Assembly (NCBI GenBank): GCA_963702475.1
Contig: CAVPCT010000006.1
Span: forward strand, 224,001-288,000
Length of the DNA stretch: 64,000 nucleotides
Direction: 5' to 3'
Source of the DNA: an uncultured Thermoleophilia bacterium
Lineage (GTDB): Bacteria > Actinomycetota > Thermoleophilia > UBA2241
Part shown: positions 29,911 through 39,476 of the stretch, piece after piece
How the letters are laid out: every line of letters begins with the position of its first letter
Position numbering within the stretch: position 1 is the stretch's first letter
Notes under the pieces: generated by a model
Told to the model about the DNA's origin: nothing
What the model saw: only the letters and a program-made list of their open reading frames with translations
The model's database searches: none
Position numbers and translations under genes: made by a program

Positions 29911-30605
29911 GCGAGGGCCGGCCGGCGGAAGCGGGGCCGGCCGTGCGGGCACTCATCCTCGACATGGACGGCCTGATCTTCGACTCCGAGCGGCTCGCGC
30001 GCGAGGCCTGGCGTGCCGCCCTGCTCGCGCGAGGCTACCGGCTCACGGACGAGGTGTACCTGCGGGCCGTCGGGCGCACGGCCGCGGAGGCACGGGACGT
30101 CTTCGTGAAGGCCTTCGGCGCCGGGCTGCCGATCGACGAGGTCGAGGAGGACAAGACCCGACGACTGCGTGTGCTGCTCGGCGAGGCGCCGACGGTGAAG
30201 CCCGGCCTCGATGCACTGCTGGACGAGGCCGGCCGGCTGGAACTTCCGGCCGCCGTGGCGAGCGCGACGGCGGCGGCCGAAGTTCGGCGCCGGCTCGCCG
30301 CCGCCGGACTGGAGCGCCGGATCGCCGTCGTAGCCGGCGGTGACGAGGTGAGCGCCGGCAAGCCGGCGCCCGACCTGTTTCTGCGGGCGGCCGAGCTGCT
30401 GGCCGTCCCGCCCGCCGCCTGCCTGGTACTCGAGGACGCGGAGGCCGGCGTCCGCGCCGCGGCAGCGGCCGGCATGCCGGCGATCATGGTCCCCGACCTC
30501 GCCCAGCCGTCGGCGGCGTGCCGGGCGCTCTGCGTCGCCGTGGTGGACTCGCTGGCGGCGGCCGTGCCGGTGCTGCGCTCGCTGGCCGCCTCTCCGCGCA
30601 CATGA
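29907..30605 (+). CDS. HAD-family phosphatase (beta-PGM-like)
   Basis: DMDGLIFDSE, GKPAPDLF, LEDAEAG. Confidence 0.9.
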   Translation: MSEGRPAEAGPAVRALILDMDGLIFDSERLAREAWRAALLARGYRLTDEVYLRAVGRTAAEARDVFVKAFGAGLPIDEVEEDKTRRLRVLLGEAPTVKPGLDALLDEAGRLELPAAVASATAAAEVRRRLAAAGLERRIAVVAGGDEVSAGKPAPDLFLRAAELLAVPPAACLVLEDAEAGVRAAAAAGMPAIMVPDLAQPSAACRALCVAVVDSLAAAVPVLRSLAASPRT

Positions 30606-30880
30606 AGCAGCGCCTGCTCCGTCCGTTCGCGTCACCGGATGAGTACTTCGATGAGGTCCGCACGCTCGTCGCCGACCTGGCGCACTCCGGTCACGCCGCG
30701 GCGGCAGCGGACCTCCGAGGGGGCTTCGGCTGCCTCAACGGCCTCACAGACGGCTGGGCGCTCTTCCTCGAGGCAGTCGAGGCCGTCGCCGGCCGCTACG
30801 GGCCGGATCTCTCCGGCGAACAGCGGCGTCGGCTCGACGGTGTCCGCTGCGTCGCCGACCGTGTGACGCACCGCCACTGA
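30602..30880 (+). CDS. hypothetical small helical protein
   Basis: ATGA overlap with HAD gene; coding-like composition; NGLTDGW motif. Confidence 0.6.
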   Translation: MKQRLLRPFASPDEYFDEVRTLVADLAHSGHAAAAADLRGGFGCLNGLTDGWALFLEAVEAVAGRYGPDLSGEQRRRLDGVRCVADRVTHRH

Positions 30881-31015
30881 CCGCGTCGCGCGCCGCCGCC
30901 GGCCACCTCTTCTTCGATGGGATCCGCAGGCCGGTCGGCAGCCGGCCTCGGTCTCCGCTCGCGGCGTTCGCCGGGGATAGACTGGACCCACCGGGGTCGA
31001 TGTGAGGTGGTGCCG

Positions 31016-32515
31016 ATGAGCGGATTCGCGGAGTACCGGGAGTACGACGGGCTGGGCCTGGCCGAGCTGGTGAGGACGAAACAGGTCTCGGCCGCCGACC
31101 TCGTCGAGGAGGCGGTCGCACGCATCGAGGCGCGCAATCCCGCCGTCAACGCGGTGATCAGGCCGCTGTTCGCTGAGGCGCGGGCGGCGGCCCAGGAGCC
31201 GCTCCCGGAAGGGTCGTTCGCCGGCGTGCCGCTGCTGCTCAAGGATCTGATCTGCGCCGCGGAGGGGGTGCCGACCAGCTGCGGCACGCGGATCCTTCGA
31301 GACGTGCCGCAGCAGCGGGACAGCGAGATGGTGCGGCGCTTCCGCGCCGCGGGGTTCGTCATCGTCGGCAAGACCAACCTGCCCGAGTTCGGCCTGCTCC
31401 CGTACACCGAGCCGGAGGCCTTCGGCCCCACCAACAATCCGTGGAGTCTGGAGCGCACGGCCGGCGGCTCCAGCGGCGGCTCCGCCGCCTCCGTGGCCGT
31501 CGGCATGGTGCCCATCGCCTCGGGCGGAGACGGCGGCGGCTCCATCCGCATCCCCGCCTCCTGCTGCGGGCTCTTCGGCCTCAAGCCGAGCCGCGCGCGC
31601 ACGCCTACGGGTCCCGACTTCGGTGAGCTCTGGCGCGGCTTCGTCCAGGAGCATGTGCTCACACGCTCTGTGCGCGACAGCGCTGCCGTCCTGGACGCGG
31701 TCGCCGGACCGGACGTGGGCGCGCCGTACTGGGCTCCGCCCGCGGCGCGCCCCTTCCTCGACGAGGTCACCGCGGAGCCCGGGCGGCTGCGCATCGCCTT
31801 CACGGCGAAGCCGCTCATGGGCCACGACGTGCACCCGGACTGCCTCGCGGGCCTGGACGCCACGGTGAGCCTGCTGGAGGAACTCGGTCACGAGGTCGTG
31901 GAGGCGGCGCCGCCGATGGAGCGTGAGTCTTTCGCGGTGTCGTACATCCTGGTGCTGGCCGGAGAGACAAGGGACGCGGTGGCCGCGGCCGCGCGCGCCG
32001 CCGGACGAAGGCTCTCTTTCGCCGACTTCGAGACCGGCACGGCCGCTCTGGCGCTGCTCGGCCAGGCGTACAGCGCGGGGGACTTCGCCGCCGCTCTCAA
32101 CAACCTCCAGCGCGCGTCGCGGCGCATCGCCGGGTTCTTCGAGCGGTACGACGTCCTGCTCACGCCGACGCTCGCGCAGCCGCCGGTGCCCACGGGGTCG
32201 CTGCAGCCGAGCGCTGCGGAGCGCCGCCAGATCGCCCTCGTCGGCCGGCTGAACGCGGCCTGGCTGCTCAAAGCGCTGCGGGTGGTCAAGCCGCTGGCCG
32301 ACAAGACCTTCGACTTCATGCCCTACACGGCCGTCTTCAACGTCACCGGACAGCCGGCGATGTCCGTGCCGCTGCACTGGAACGCGCAGGGTCTGCCCAT
32401 CGGCATGCAGTTCGCCGGCCGCTACGGTGCCGAGGCGGTGCTCTTCCGCCTGGCGGGGCAGCTCGAGCGCGCCAGGCCCTGGTTCGCCCACGTGCCGCCC
32501 GCGTTCGCAGGCTGA
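31016..32515 (+). CDS. amidase (amidase-signature family)
   Basis: GVPLLLKD, GKTNLPEFG, GGSSGGSAA, GDGGGSIRIPAS, GQPAMSVP. Confidence 0.94.
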   Translation: MSGFAEYREYDGLGLAELVRTKQVSAADLVEEAVARIEARNPAVNAVIRPLFAEARAAAQEPLPEGSFAGVPLLLKDLICAAEGVPTSCGTRILRDVPQQRDSEMVRRFRAAGFVIVGKTNLPEFGLLPYTEPEAFGPTNNPWSLERTAGGSSGGSAASVAVGMVPIASGGDGGGSIRIPASCCGLFGLKPSRARTPTGPDFGELWRGFVQEHVLTRSVRDSAAVLDAVAGPDVGAPYWAPPAARPFLDEVTAEPGRLRIAFTAKPLMGHDVHPDCLAGLDATVSLLEELGHEVVEAAPPMERESFAVSYILVLAGETRDAVAAAARAAGRRLSFADFETGTAALALLGQAYSAGDFAAALNNLQRASRRIAGFFERYDVLLTPTLAQPPVPTGSLQPSAAERRQIALVGRLNAAWLLKALRVVKPLADKTFDFMPYTAVFNVTGQPAMSVPLHWNAQGLPIGMQFAGRYGAEAVLFRLAGQLERARPWFAHVPPAFAG

Positions 32516-32560
32516 CCAGAGGGGGACCGACGTGACCGCGCTACCGACCGGGAGGCCATC

Positions 32561-32959
32561 GTGACTAACGAGACGAGACACCTGCTGGGCTGGCTCGCTA
32601 TGCCGGCGGCTGCCGTGGCGAACGGGGTGCTGCGCGACGTCACCTACGGCAGGCGGATGAGCCGCACGGCGTCCCACTCGCTCGCGGTCTGTCCGCTGGC
32701 TGCCTTCATCCTTGTCTGGGCCGCGCTGCTGCAGCGGCGGTGGCCGCTTCCCGGGCGCGGCCCGGCGCTTCGTGTCGGGGCGCTCTGGCTGGCCTTCACC
32801 CTGGCGTTCGAATTCGGCATGGGAGCCGCCCGCAAGGTCCCGGTGCGCGACATGCTCGCCCAGTACGACGTACGCCGCGGCAACCTGTGGCCGCTCGTCC
32901 CGCTCGCGGTCGTCGCGGCGCCGCTGATCGTCTGGCGCCGGACGAGGGGCGGCGCATGA
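32561..32959 (+). CDS. hypothetical membrane protein
   Basis: SD GGAGG; four hydrophobic segments; NG.LR, TLAFEF, GNLW. Confidence 0.7.
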   Translation: MTNETRHLLGWLAMPAAAVANGVLRDVTYGRRMSRTASHSLAVCPLAAFILVWAALLQRRWPLPGRGPALRVGALWLAFTLAFEFGMGAARKVPVRDMLAQYDVRRGNLWPLVPLAVVAAPLIVWRRTRGGA

Positions 32960-33549
32960 GGTCGCCCGCCCTCAGCATCCGGCCCGAGACCCCGGCCGAC
33001 GAGGCCGGCGTCCGTACGGTGGAGGAGCGCGCCTTCGGACGTCCGGTCGAGGCGCGCCTGGTCGACGCTTTGCGGGCCGCCTGCCCCGATCGGCTCTCGC
33101 TGGTCGCGGTCACCCCCGCCGGCGAGGTGGTCGGGCACGTGCTCTTCACGCCGGTCACCATCGGGCCCGGCGGACCAGCCGCGGCCGGCGCCCACGGCAC
33201 CGCCGTACCTCCGGGCATGGGGCTCGGCCCCCTGGCGGTGCTCCCCGAGCTCCAGCGACAGGGAATCGGCAGCGCCCTCATGGAGCGCAGCCTCCTGGAC
33301 CTTCGCGCCGCGGGGTGTCCCTTCGTTGCCGTGGTCGGCCATCCGGAGTACTATCCCCGGTTCGGGTTCGTCCTCGCCTCGGGCCTGGGTCTGAGGTCGC
33401 AGTGGGACGCTGTGCCGGACGAGGCCTGGATGGCTCTGGTCCTGGATCCCGCAGCGCCGCCGGCCGGGGGCGTCGTCCGCTTTCATCCGGAGTTCGACGC
33501 CGCCGCGCAGGACGCTCCGGCGGTTCAGACGCCGGCGACGACGGAGTAA
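32956..33549 (+). CDS. GNAT acetyltransferase (YhbS-like)
   Basis: IRPE, VVGHVLF, LGPLAVLPELQRQGIGSAL, VGHPEYYPRFGF. Confidence 0.9.
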   Translation: MRSPALSIRPETPADEAGVRTVEERAFGRPVEARLVDALRAACPDRLSLVAVTPAGEVVGHVLFTPVTIGPGGPAAAGAHGTAVPPGMGLGPLAVLPELQRQGIGSALMERSLLDLRAAGCPFVAVVGHPEYYPRFGFVLASGLGLRSQWDAVPDEAWMALVLDPAAPPAGGVVRFHPEFDAAAQDAPAVQTPATTE

Positions 33550-33560
33550 GGAGGCCCTAA

Positions 33561-33896
33561 ATGTTCGCGATCGCAGGTCCAGACGGCTTCGAGGACGTCC
33601 TCCCCGGCGTGCGCCGCAAGACCCTGTGCTACGGGCGCGAGACCCTCATCACCGAGTTCCGCCTGGTCGAGGGGCACGAGCTGTCGCAGCACAGCCATCC
33701 CCACGAACAGACCGGCTACCTGGTGAGCGGCCGACTGCGGTTCACGATCGACGACGAGACGCGCGAGGTCGGGCCCGGCGACAGCTGGTGCATCCTCTCC
33801 GGCGCGGTGCACGGGGCCGTCGTGCTCGAAGACGCGGTCGCAGTGGAGGTGTTCTCTCCGGTGCGAGAGGACTTCCTGCCGGACGACGGGGCCTGA
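33561..33896 (+). CDS. cupin-domain protein
   Basis: HSHPHEQTGY..SG, GDSWCI...VH, EVFSPVRED. Confidence 0.9.
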   Translation: MFAIAGPDGFEDVLPGVRRKTLCYGRETLITEFRLVEGHELSQHSHPHEQTGYLVSGRLRFTIDDETREVGPGDSWCILSGAVHGAVVLEDAVAVEVFSPVREDFLPDDGA

Positions 33897-33897
33897 C

Positions 33898-34105
33898 GTG
33901 CGCGAGGCGCGCCGAGAGGACGTGCTCGCGCTGCTCGCGATGATGGAGGAGTTCTCCGCCGAGGCCGGGTTCGTCCTCGACCGGTACGCGGCGCGCGAGT
34001 CGTTCGAGACGCTCCTCGCGGACTCCCGCCTCGGGCGCGTGTGGCTGGTCGAGGCGGACGACGACGCTGTCAGCGGCTGCGACCGACGAGCCGCCCAAGG
34101 CGTGA
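33898..34105 (+). pseudogene. truncated GNAT acetyltransferase fragment
   Basis: GNAT-like N-terminus (REA...D..LL.MM.EF...LGRVWLVE.DD.AV) without motif A; runs into the VOC gene. Confidence 0.5.
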
Positions 34106-34123
34106 CCACGAGAGGAGCAGGTG

Positions 34124-34510
34124 ATGGGCAGAGTCATCCACTTCGAGATACACGCGACCGACCCGGAGGCGCTGGCCGCCTACTACGTCGGTCTGCTCGG
34201 CTGGGAGCTCGACCTTCAGCCGGGCATCGAGTACTGGCTCATCCGCACGGGGCCTGAGGACCAGCCGGGCATCAACGGCGGGCTGCTACGCAGACACGTG
34301 CCCGGCCCGGCGGGCGGACCGGTCGTCAACGCGTTCGTCTGCACGGTGCAGGTCGAGTCGCTGGCCGACACGCTGGCGCGCAACGAGGAGCTCGGCGGCG
34401 AGGTCGCGTTGCCGCGCATGCCGGTGACGGGGATGGGCTGGCTGGCGTACATCAGGGACCCCGACGGGAACACCCTGGGCCTGCTCGAGACGGACCCCTC
34501 GGCCGCCTGA
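34124..34510 (+). CDS. VOC/glyoxalase family protein
   Basis: RVIHFEIHA.DP, GINGGLL, GMGWLAY.RDPDGN.LGL. Confidence 0.92.
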   Translation: MGRVIHFEIHATDPEALAAYYVGLLGWELDLQPGIEYWLIRTGPEDQPGINGGLLRRHVPGPAGGPVVNAFVCTVQVESLADTLARNEELGGEVALPRMPVTGMGWLAYIRDPDGNTLGLLETDPSAA

Positions 34511-34622
34511 AGGGGCAGCCCGGCGAGACGAGGCGGCGCGGGCGTGGCTGGCCGATCTGCCACGCCCGAGCTGGCGCCCGGCGTCGTGCGCCCGGCCGGG
34601 AGTTGACGCCTGCCGCCACCGT

Positions 34623-34660
34623 TGATATGTTTTCTCACCTCGGGATGAGAGCGATTCTCA
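34623..34660 (+). promoter_or_regulatory. two Fur-box-like 7-1-7 inverted repeats
   Basis: TGATATGTTTTCTCA (34623-34637) and TGAGAGCGATTCTCA (34646-34660) in an AT-rich patch 21 nt upstream of the Fur-family gene. Confidence 0.7.
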
Positions 34661-34681
34661 ATACGCTGCAGGAGGCTCGAG

Positions 34682-35128
34682 GTGAGCAACCGGGAGCCCG
34701 AACACGACATCGCGGCGGTCTTCCACGAGAAGGGCATCCCCTTCACGCGGCAACGTCGTTTGGTATGGGACTTCTTCGCGAGCGCCGACCGTGCCGCCAC
34801 CATCACCGAGGCGGCCGAGGCGCTGCGTCCCGAGGGCGTTGGCCAGGCCACCGTCTACCGCACCGTCACACTGCTGGGTGACCTGGGCCTGCTGGCCCGC
34901 GTGCAGGACCGGCGCGGCGAGATCTGCTACACCGCGCCGCCCATCGGGCACAGCCACCCGCTGATCTGCGGCGTCTGCCGGCGCATCGTCCGCTTCGACG
35001 GCAACGGCGACGTCAAGGATCTGGAGAAGCGTCTGGAGCGCGAGACCGGCTTCAGCATCTACGGGCACCACCTCGAGGTGTACGGCATCTGCCCCGAGTG
35101 TGCCGCACTGGGAGGTCGGGATGAGTGA
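34682..35128 (+). CDS. Fur-family metalloregulator
   Basis: TRQR..V, ATVYRT..LL...GL, HSHPLICGVC, HHLEVYGICPEC. Confidence 0.92.
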   Translation: MSNREPEHDIAAVFHEKGIPFTRQRRLVWDFFASADRAATITEAAEALRPEGVGQATVYRTVTLLGDLGLLARVQDRRGEICYTAPPIGHSHPLICGVCRRIVRFDGNGDVKDLEKRLERETGFSIYGHHLEVYGICPECAALGGRDE

Positions 35129-35849
35129 CGTGACGGCGACCGACACCGCCGCGCCGGCGCCCGACGGCGCCGGGGAGATCTGGTCCGGCGCCGCCGAGCT
35201 TGCGGGGCGCCGCTTCTTCGTCTCCTGGAGCGGCGGCAAGGACGCCTGCCTGGCGCTGCAGCGGGCCGTGGCCGCAGGCGGACGACCCGCTGCCCTGGTC
35301 TGCATGCTCCATGAAGGCGGCCGCGTGAGCCGCGGACACGGCCTGCCGCTTAGCCTGTTGCAGGCGCAGGCCGCGGCGCTCGGCATCCCTCTCGTCACGC
35401 GTACCACCACCTGGGACGACTACGAGGCAACCCTCGTCTCGCTGCTCCACGAGCTTCGCGACCAGGGTGTAGAGGCCGGCGTGTTCGGCGACATCGACCT
35501 GCAGGCGCACCGCGACTGGGTGGAGAACGTCTGCGAGATCTGCGGCCTGAGCTGCCATCTGCCGCTGTGGCTGGAGCCTCGGCGCCGCCTGCTCGAGGAG
35601 TTCCTCGGCGCCGGCGGCGTGGCCACCATCGTCGCCGTCGACCAGTCGAAGCTCGGCCGGGAGTTCCTCGGTCTCGTCCTCGACAACGGCGTCATCTCCC
35701 GCCTCGAGGCCGCAGGCGCCGACGCCTGCGGTGAGGAGGGGGAGTACCACACCATGGTCACCGCCGGCCCGCTGTTCTCTGCGCCGGTCCCGCTCTCATG
35801 GACCGGTGTCGACGAGCGCGACGGCCACTGGGTCCTCACGTACGAGTAA
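35121..35849 (+). CDS. Dph6/MJ0570-like N-type ATP pyrophosphatase
   Basis: SWSGGKD, HG, FGDI....HR.W.E.VC, PLW, DACGEEGEYHTMV.GP.F. Confidence 0.9.
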   Translation: MSDVTATDTAAPAPDGAGEIWSGAAELAGRRFFVSWSGGKDACLALQRAVAAGGRPAALVCMLHEGGRVSRGHGLPLSLLQAQAAALGIPLVTRTTTWDDYEATLVSLLHELRDQGVEAGVFGDIDLQAHRDWVENVCEICGLSCHLPLWLEPRRRLLEEFLGAGGVATIVAVDQSKLGREFLGLVLDNGVISRLEAAGADACGEEGEYHTMVTAGPLFSAPVPLSWTGVDERDGHWVLTYE

Positions 35850-35882
35850 CGGCGTTCTCACAGGAAGGGAGTCATTATCACC

Positions 35883-36851
35883 ATGAGTACCACCCGCACC
35901 CTGCGTCTTCTTTGGGCGCTCGTCCTGCTCGCCGCCTTCGTCGCCGGCGCCGGCGCTCTGGCCGCCTGCGGCTCGTCGGACGAGGCGACCGGCGAGACCG
36001 CGTCAGCATCCCCCTCGGCGGCCGCCGGCGGCGAGATCTCCGTGACCGACGGCACCGGCGCCACCGTCACCATGGCGCAGCCGGCCGAGCGCATCGTCAG
36101 CCTCGCGCCCGCCAATACCGAGATCGCCTTCGCCGTCGGCGCCGGCGCCAAGATGGTGGCCGGCACCAGCTACGACGACTATCCGGCTGAGGCCGCGGAT
36201 CTCCCCAAGATCGGCGACTTCGCCAACCCGAGCGTCGAGAAGATCGCCTCCTTCGAGCCGGATCTGGTGCTCGCCGCCGGCGGTATCCAGGAAGACCTGC
36301 GCAGCAAGCTCGAGGACCTGGGCATGACGGTCTACGTGGTGGACCCCAAGACCTACGCCGATGTCGTGACGGACGTGAAGAACGTCGGCCTGCTTGCGGG
36401 TACGTCCGAGCAGGCCCAGCCGGTCGTCGACACGATGGAGCAGGCGGCCGCCGAGGTCGCCGAGAAGGTCGGTGGCCTTGAGCCGGCCTCCACGTTCCTC
36501 GAGATCTACTCCAAGCCGCTCATGACCGCCGGGTCGGAGACGTTCATCGACGACATGATCACCATGGCCGGCGGCACGAACATCGGCGCCGAGGCCGGCA
36601 GCGGCTTTCCCGAGTTCAGTACCGAGGTCCTCGTGAACGACGATCCGCAGGTGTACATCGCCGACTCGGGCTCGATGAGCGAACCGGGCGCTATCTCCGA
36701 GCGTGCGGGGTTCGCCGACCTCACGGCCGTCAGAGACGGCAGGGTGTACGTGATCGAGGACAGCATCATCGCCCGTCCGGGTCCGCGTCTGGCCGACGGC
36801 CTCCGGCAGCTGGCCGAGATGATCCACCCCGAGGCGTACTCGGCGCAGTGA
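35883..36851 (+). CDS. cobalamin/Fe-complex ABC substrate-binding lipoprotein (BtuF-like)
   Basis: Lipobox LAAC; RIVSLAPANTEI.FA.G, YDDYP, AV..GRV, RPGPRL. Confidence 0.88.
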   Translation: MSTTRTLRLLWALVLLAAFVAGAGALAACGSSDEATGETASASPSAAAGGEISVTDGTGATVTMAQPAERIVSLAPANTEIAFAVGAGAKMVAGTSYDDYPAEAADLPKIGDFANPSVEKIASFEPDLVLAAGGIQEDLRSKLEDLGMTVYVVDPKTYADVVTDVKNVGLLAGTSEQAQPVVDTMEQAAAEVAEKVGGLEPASTFLEIYSKPLMTAGSETFIDDMITMAGGTNIGAEAGSGFPEFSTEVLVNDDPQVYIADSGSMSEPGAISERAGFADLTAVRDGRVYVIEDSIIARPGPRLADGLRQLAEMIHPEAYSAQ

Positions 36852-36911
36852 CGCCCGTGACAGACAGGGGCGCGCGGTGCTGAGCCGCCGCGCCGACAAG
36901 GGCGCGCGCAG

Positions 36912-37913
36912 GTGACGCGCATCGCGCGCGCCGGCGTGTGGCCGGGCATCGCCCTGGCCGCCGGCATCCTCGTCCTGTGCATGGTGCTGGCGCTCGTCCT
37001 CGGACCGGTCTCGCTGTCGCTCAGGGAGCTTTGGAGCCTGGTGACGGCGGGACCGGTCGACGGCGACCTGCAGAATGCGATCTTCTGGGACATCCGCCTG
37101 CCGCGCGTGCTCGTGGCCTGCCTGGTGGGCGCCGCGCTGGCCGTTGCCGGGGTCGTCCTGCAGGACCTCTTTCTGAACCCGCTCACCGACCCGTACGTCA
37201 CCGGCGTGTCGTCCGGCGCCGCGCTCGGCGCGACCATCGGCATCGTGCTCCACCTCTCCGGCCTGTACTGGACCACGGTGCTGGCTATCATCGGGGGTCT
37301 GGGCACCCTGCTGCTCGTGTGGGCGGCGGCGCGACGACGCGGTCGTATCGACGTGTTTGTCCTGCTCCTTGCGGGCGTCACCATCTCGTACCTCGCCAGC
37401 GCCGTGGTCACCGTCCTCATGATCAAGGCCAGCGCCGACATGCACGCGATCGTGTACTGGCTCATGGGCAGCTTCTCGGGGCGCGGCTGGCCCGACGTGA
37501 AGATCGCCCTCATCGTCGTCCCGTTCATGGTGGTGCCGCTCCTTTTCACCAGGGAGATGGACATCCTGCTGCAGGGCGAGAAGCGCGCTCTGGAGCTGGG
37601 GGTGGAGGTCGAGCGCACGAAGCGGCTGCTGCTGGTGACGGCGGGGGTGCTGACGGCCTTGGCGGTGTCGGTGAGCGGCATCATCGGCTTCGTGGGCCTC
37701 GTGGTGCCGCACATCGTGCGGCTGCTTGTCGGCCCCGGCCACCGGGGCCTGCTGCCGGTCTCGTTGCTGGCCGGCGCCTCCTTGATGGCCGTCGCCGACC
37801 TGCTCTCGCGCACCGTGGTCGCGCCCAACGAGATCCCCGTGGGGGTGGTCACGACCTTCGTGGGCGCGCCGCTGTTCGTGTATCTGCTGCGGCGCGGGAA
37901 GCGCTCGGGATGA
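36912..37913 (+). CDS. ABC permease, FecCD/BtuC family
   Basis: DIRLPR, Q.LF.NPL.DPY..GVSSGA, WLMGS, GIIGFVGLVVPH, EIPVG. Confidence 0.93.
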   Translation: MTRIARAGVWPGIALAAGILVLCMVLALVLGPVSLSLRELWSLVTAGPVDGDLQNAIFWDIRLPRVLVACLVGAALAVAGVVLQDLFLNPLTDPYVTGVSSGAALGATIGIVLHLSGLYWTTVLAIIGGLGTLLLVWAAARRRGRIDVFVLLLAGVTISYLASAVVTVLMIKASADMHAIVYWLMGSFSGRGWPDVKIALIVVPFMVVPLLFTREMDILLQGEKRALELGVEVERTKRLLLVTAGVLTALAVSVSGIIGFVGLVVPHIVRLLVGPGHRGLLPVSLLAGASLMAVADLLSRTVVAPNEIPVGVVTTFVGAPLFVYLLRRGKRSG

Positions 37914-37953
37914 CGGCCCTGGTGGCAGTCGGGCCGCCGGCGCCGAGGAGCGC

Positions 37954-39201
37954 GTGATGGCGCCCCTCGTCTCCGTCCGCGACGTGGCCTTCGCCTACGA
38001 CGAGCGCCCGGTGCTCCGGCGCGTGAGCTTCGATCTGGAGCCCGGCGGCTTTGTGGGCATCGTCGGTCCCAACGGGAGCGGCAAGTCAACGCTGATCGAC
38101 CTCGTCGACGGCATCCTGCGTCCGAACGAGGGTGACGTGCTCGTGGCCGGCCGCTCGACCGGCGCCTACCGGCGGCGCGACATGGCACGCGAGGTCGCGC
38201 TCGTGCCGCAGCACTTCGACCTGGACTTCGACCTCGCGGTGCGCGAGGTCGTGGAGATGGGCGCCTACTGCCACGGCAAGGGCGCGGCGGGATGCGACGA
38301 CGCGACCGGGACGCTGGCCCGCCTCGGCGTCGCCGACCTCGCCGACCGCCGCTTCGCCGAGCTCTCGGGCGGCGAGAAGCAGCTCGTCGTCCTGGCGCAG
38401 GCTCTCATGCAGCGGGCGCCGCTCCTGCTCCTCGACGAGCCGGCCTCGGCCCTGGACGTCTCGCACCAGCTGCGCCTCTTCGACCTGCTGCGCGAGCTCA
38501 ACGCCGACGGGCTCACCGTGCTCTGCATCTTGCACGACCTCAACCTGGCCCTGCATTACTTCGACAAGCTGCTGGTCCTGAGCGGCGGCGAGGTCGCGGC
38601 GTACGGGCCGCCCGACGACGTGCTGCGGCCCGAGATCCTCGAGGCCGTGTACGGCGTGCGGGCGTACATGCACCGGCATGCCGGACGCACCTTCCTCACG
38701 TTCTCGCCGCGGCTGCGCGGCGAGCGCCGCGGCCGCGTGCACGTGGTCTGCGGGGGCGGAACGGGCGCCGGTCTGATGCGCCGGCTCGTGGACGCCGGGT
38801 ACGAAGTGACCGCCGGCGTCCTCAACGCCCTCGACACCGACGAAGAGACCGGCCGCGAGCTGGGGCTGCAGATGGCGGTGGAGGCGCCGTTCTCGCCTGT
38901 GGGCGAGGAGGCGCACGCCGACAACCTGGAGCTGATGCACGCCGCCGACCTCATCCTCATCACCGCGGTGCCCATCAGCACCGGAAACGCGCGCAACGTG
39001 GAGGCGGCGCTGCAGATGGCCGCCGCCGGCACGCCGGTACTGGCCGACGCTGCGGTGCTGGACCAGGACCTCGCCGGCGTCACCGACCGGCTGGCCCCGG
39101 CCGGCGTGCGCCTGTGCGGTGGCGAGGCGGAGCTGCTCGCCGCGGTTCGTGGACTGCAGACTTCGGACGCGGACGCGCGGCCTGCGTCTGCCTGGGGCTG
39201 A
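37954..39201 (+). CDS. ABC ATPase (BtuD/FecE family) with long C-terminal extension
   Basis: GPNGSGKST, LSGGEKQ, LLDEP, LHDLNLA; extra domain VHVVCGGGTG...TAGVLN..DTD...EAPFSP. Confidence 0.9.
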   Translation: MMAPLVSVRDVAFAYDERPVLRRVSFDLEPGGFVGIVGPNGSGKSTLIDLVDGILRPNEGDVLVAGRSTGAYRRRDMAREVALVPQHFDLDFDLAVREVVEMGAYCHGKGAAGCDDATGTLARLGVADLADRRFAELSGGEKQLVVLAQALMQRAPLLLLDEPASALDVSHQLRLFDLLRELNADGLTVLCILHDLNLALHYFDKLLVLSGGEVAAYGPPDDVLRPEILEAVYGVRAYMHRHAGRTFLTFSPRLRGERRGRVHVVCGGGTGAGLMRRLVDAGYEVTAGVLNALDTDEETGRELGLQMAVEAPFSPVGEEAHADNLELMHAADLILITAVPISTGNARNVEAALQMAAAGTPVLADAAVLDQDLAGVTDRLAPAGVRLCGGEAELLAAVRGLQTSDADARPASAWG

Positions 39202-39476
39202 TCCCTCAGGGGGAACTCGCCCTCTTCCGCCGGCGTGCTCGCCACAGGCTCCGCCTGCCACGGACGGCGACGGTTTACACAGCCCTGACACGCCCACGGC
39301 CCTCGCCTGACCTTCGTCCGGCAGCATCCTCGCAGCGGAGACCACGAGGAGGGCTCATGATCGTCACGGCTTCGGCTCGCGCCCGCGAGCGGCTTGATAG
39401 CATGCAGGATGCTGGCACACCAGTGCCGGCCATGCTGCGACGCGGGGCCTCTGCGACGCCCGCTCCGTGGAGGCGT

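Noticed and set aside
30632-32677. Long antisense and alternative-frame ORFs (also e.g. 8309-10450, 25564-27327, 36003-37742, 45098-46843)
   Set aside because: Shadows of real genes caused by stop-codon scarcity at high GC; Arg/Ala/Pro-rich with no motifs.
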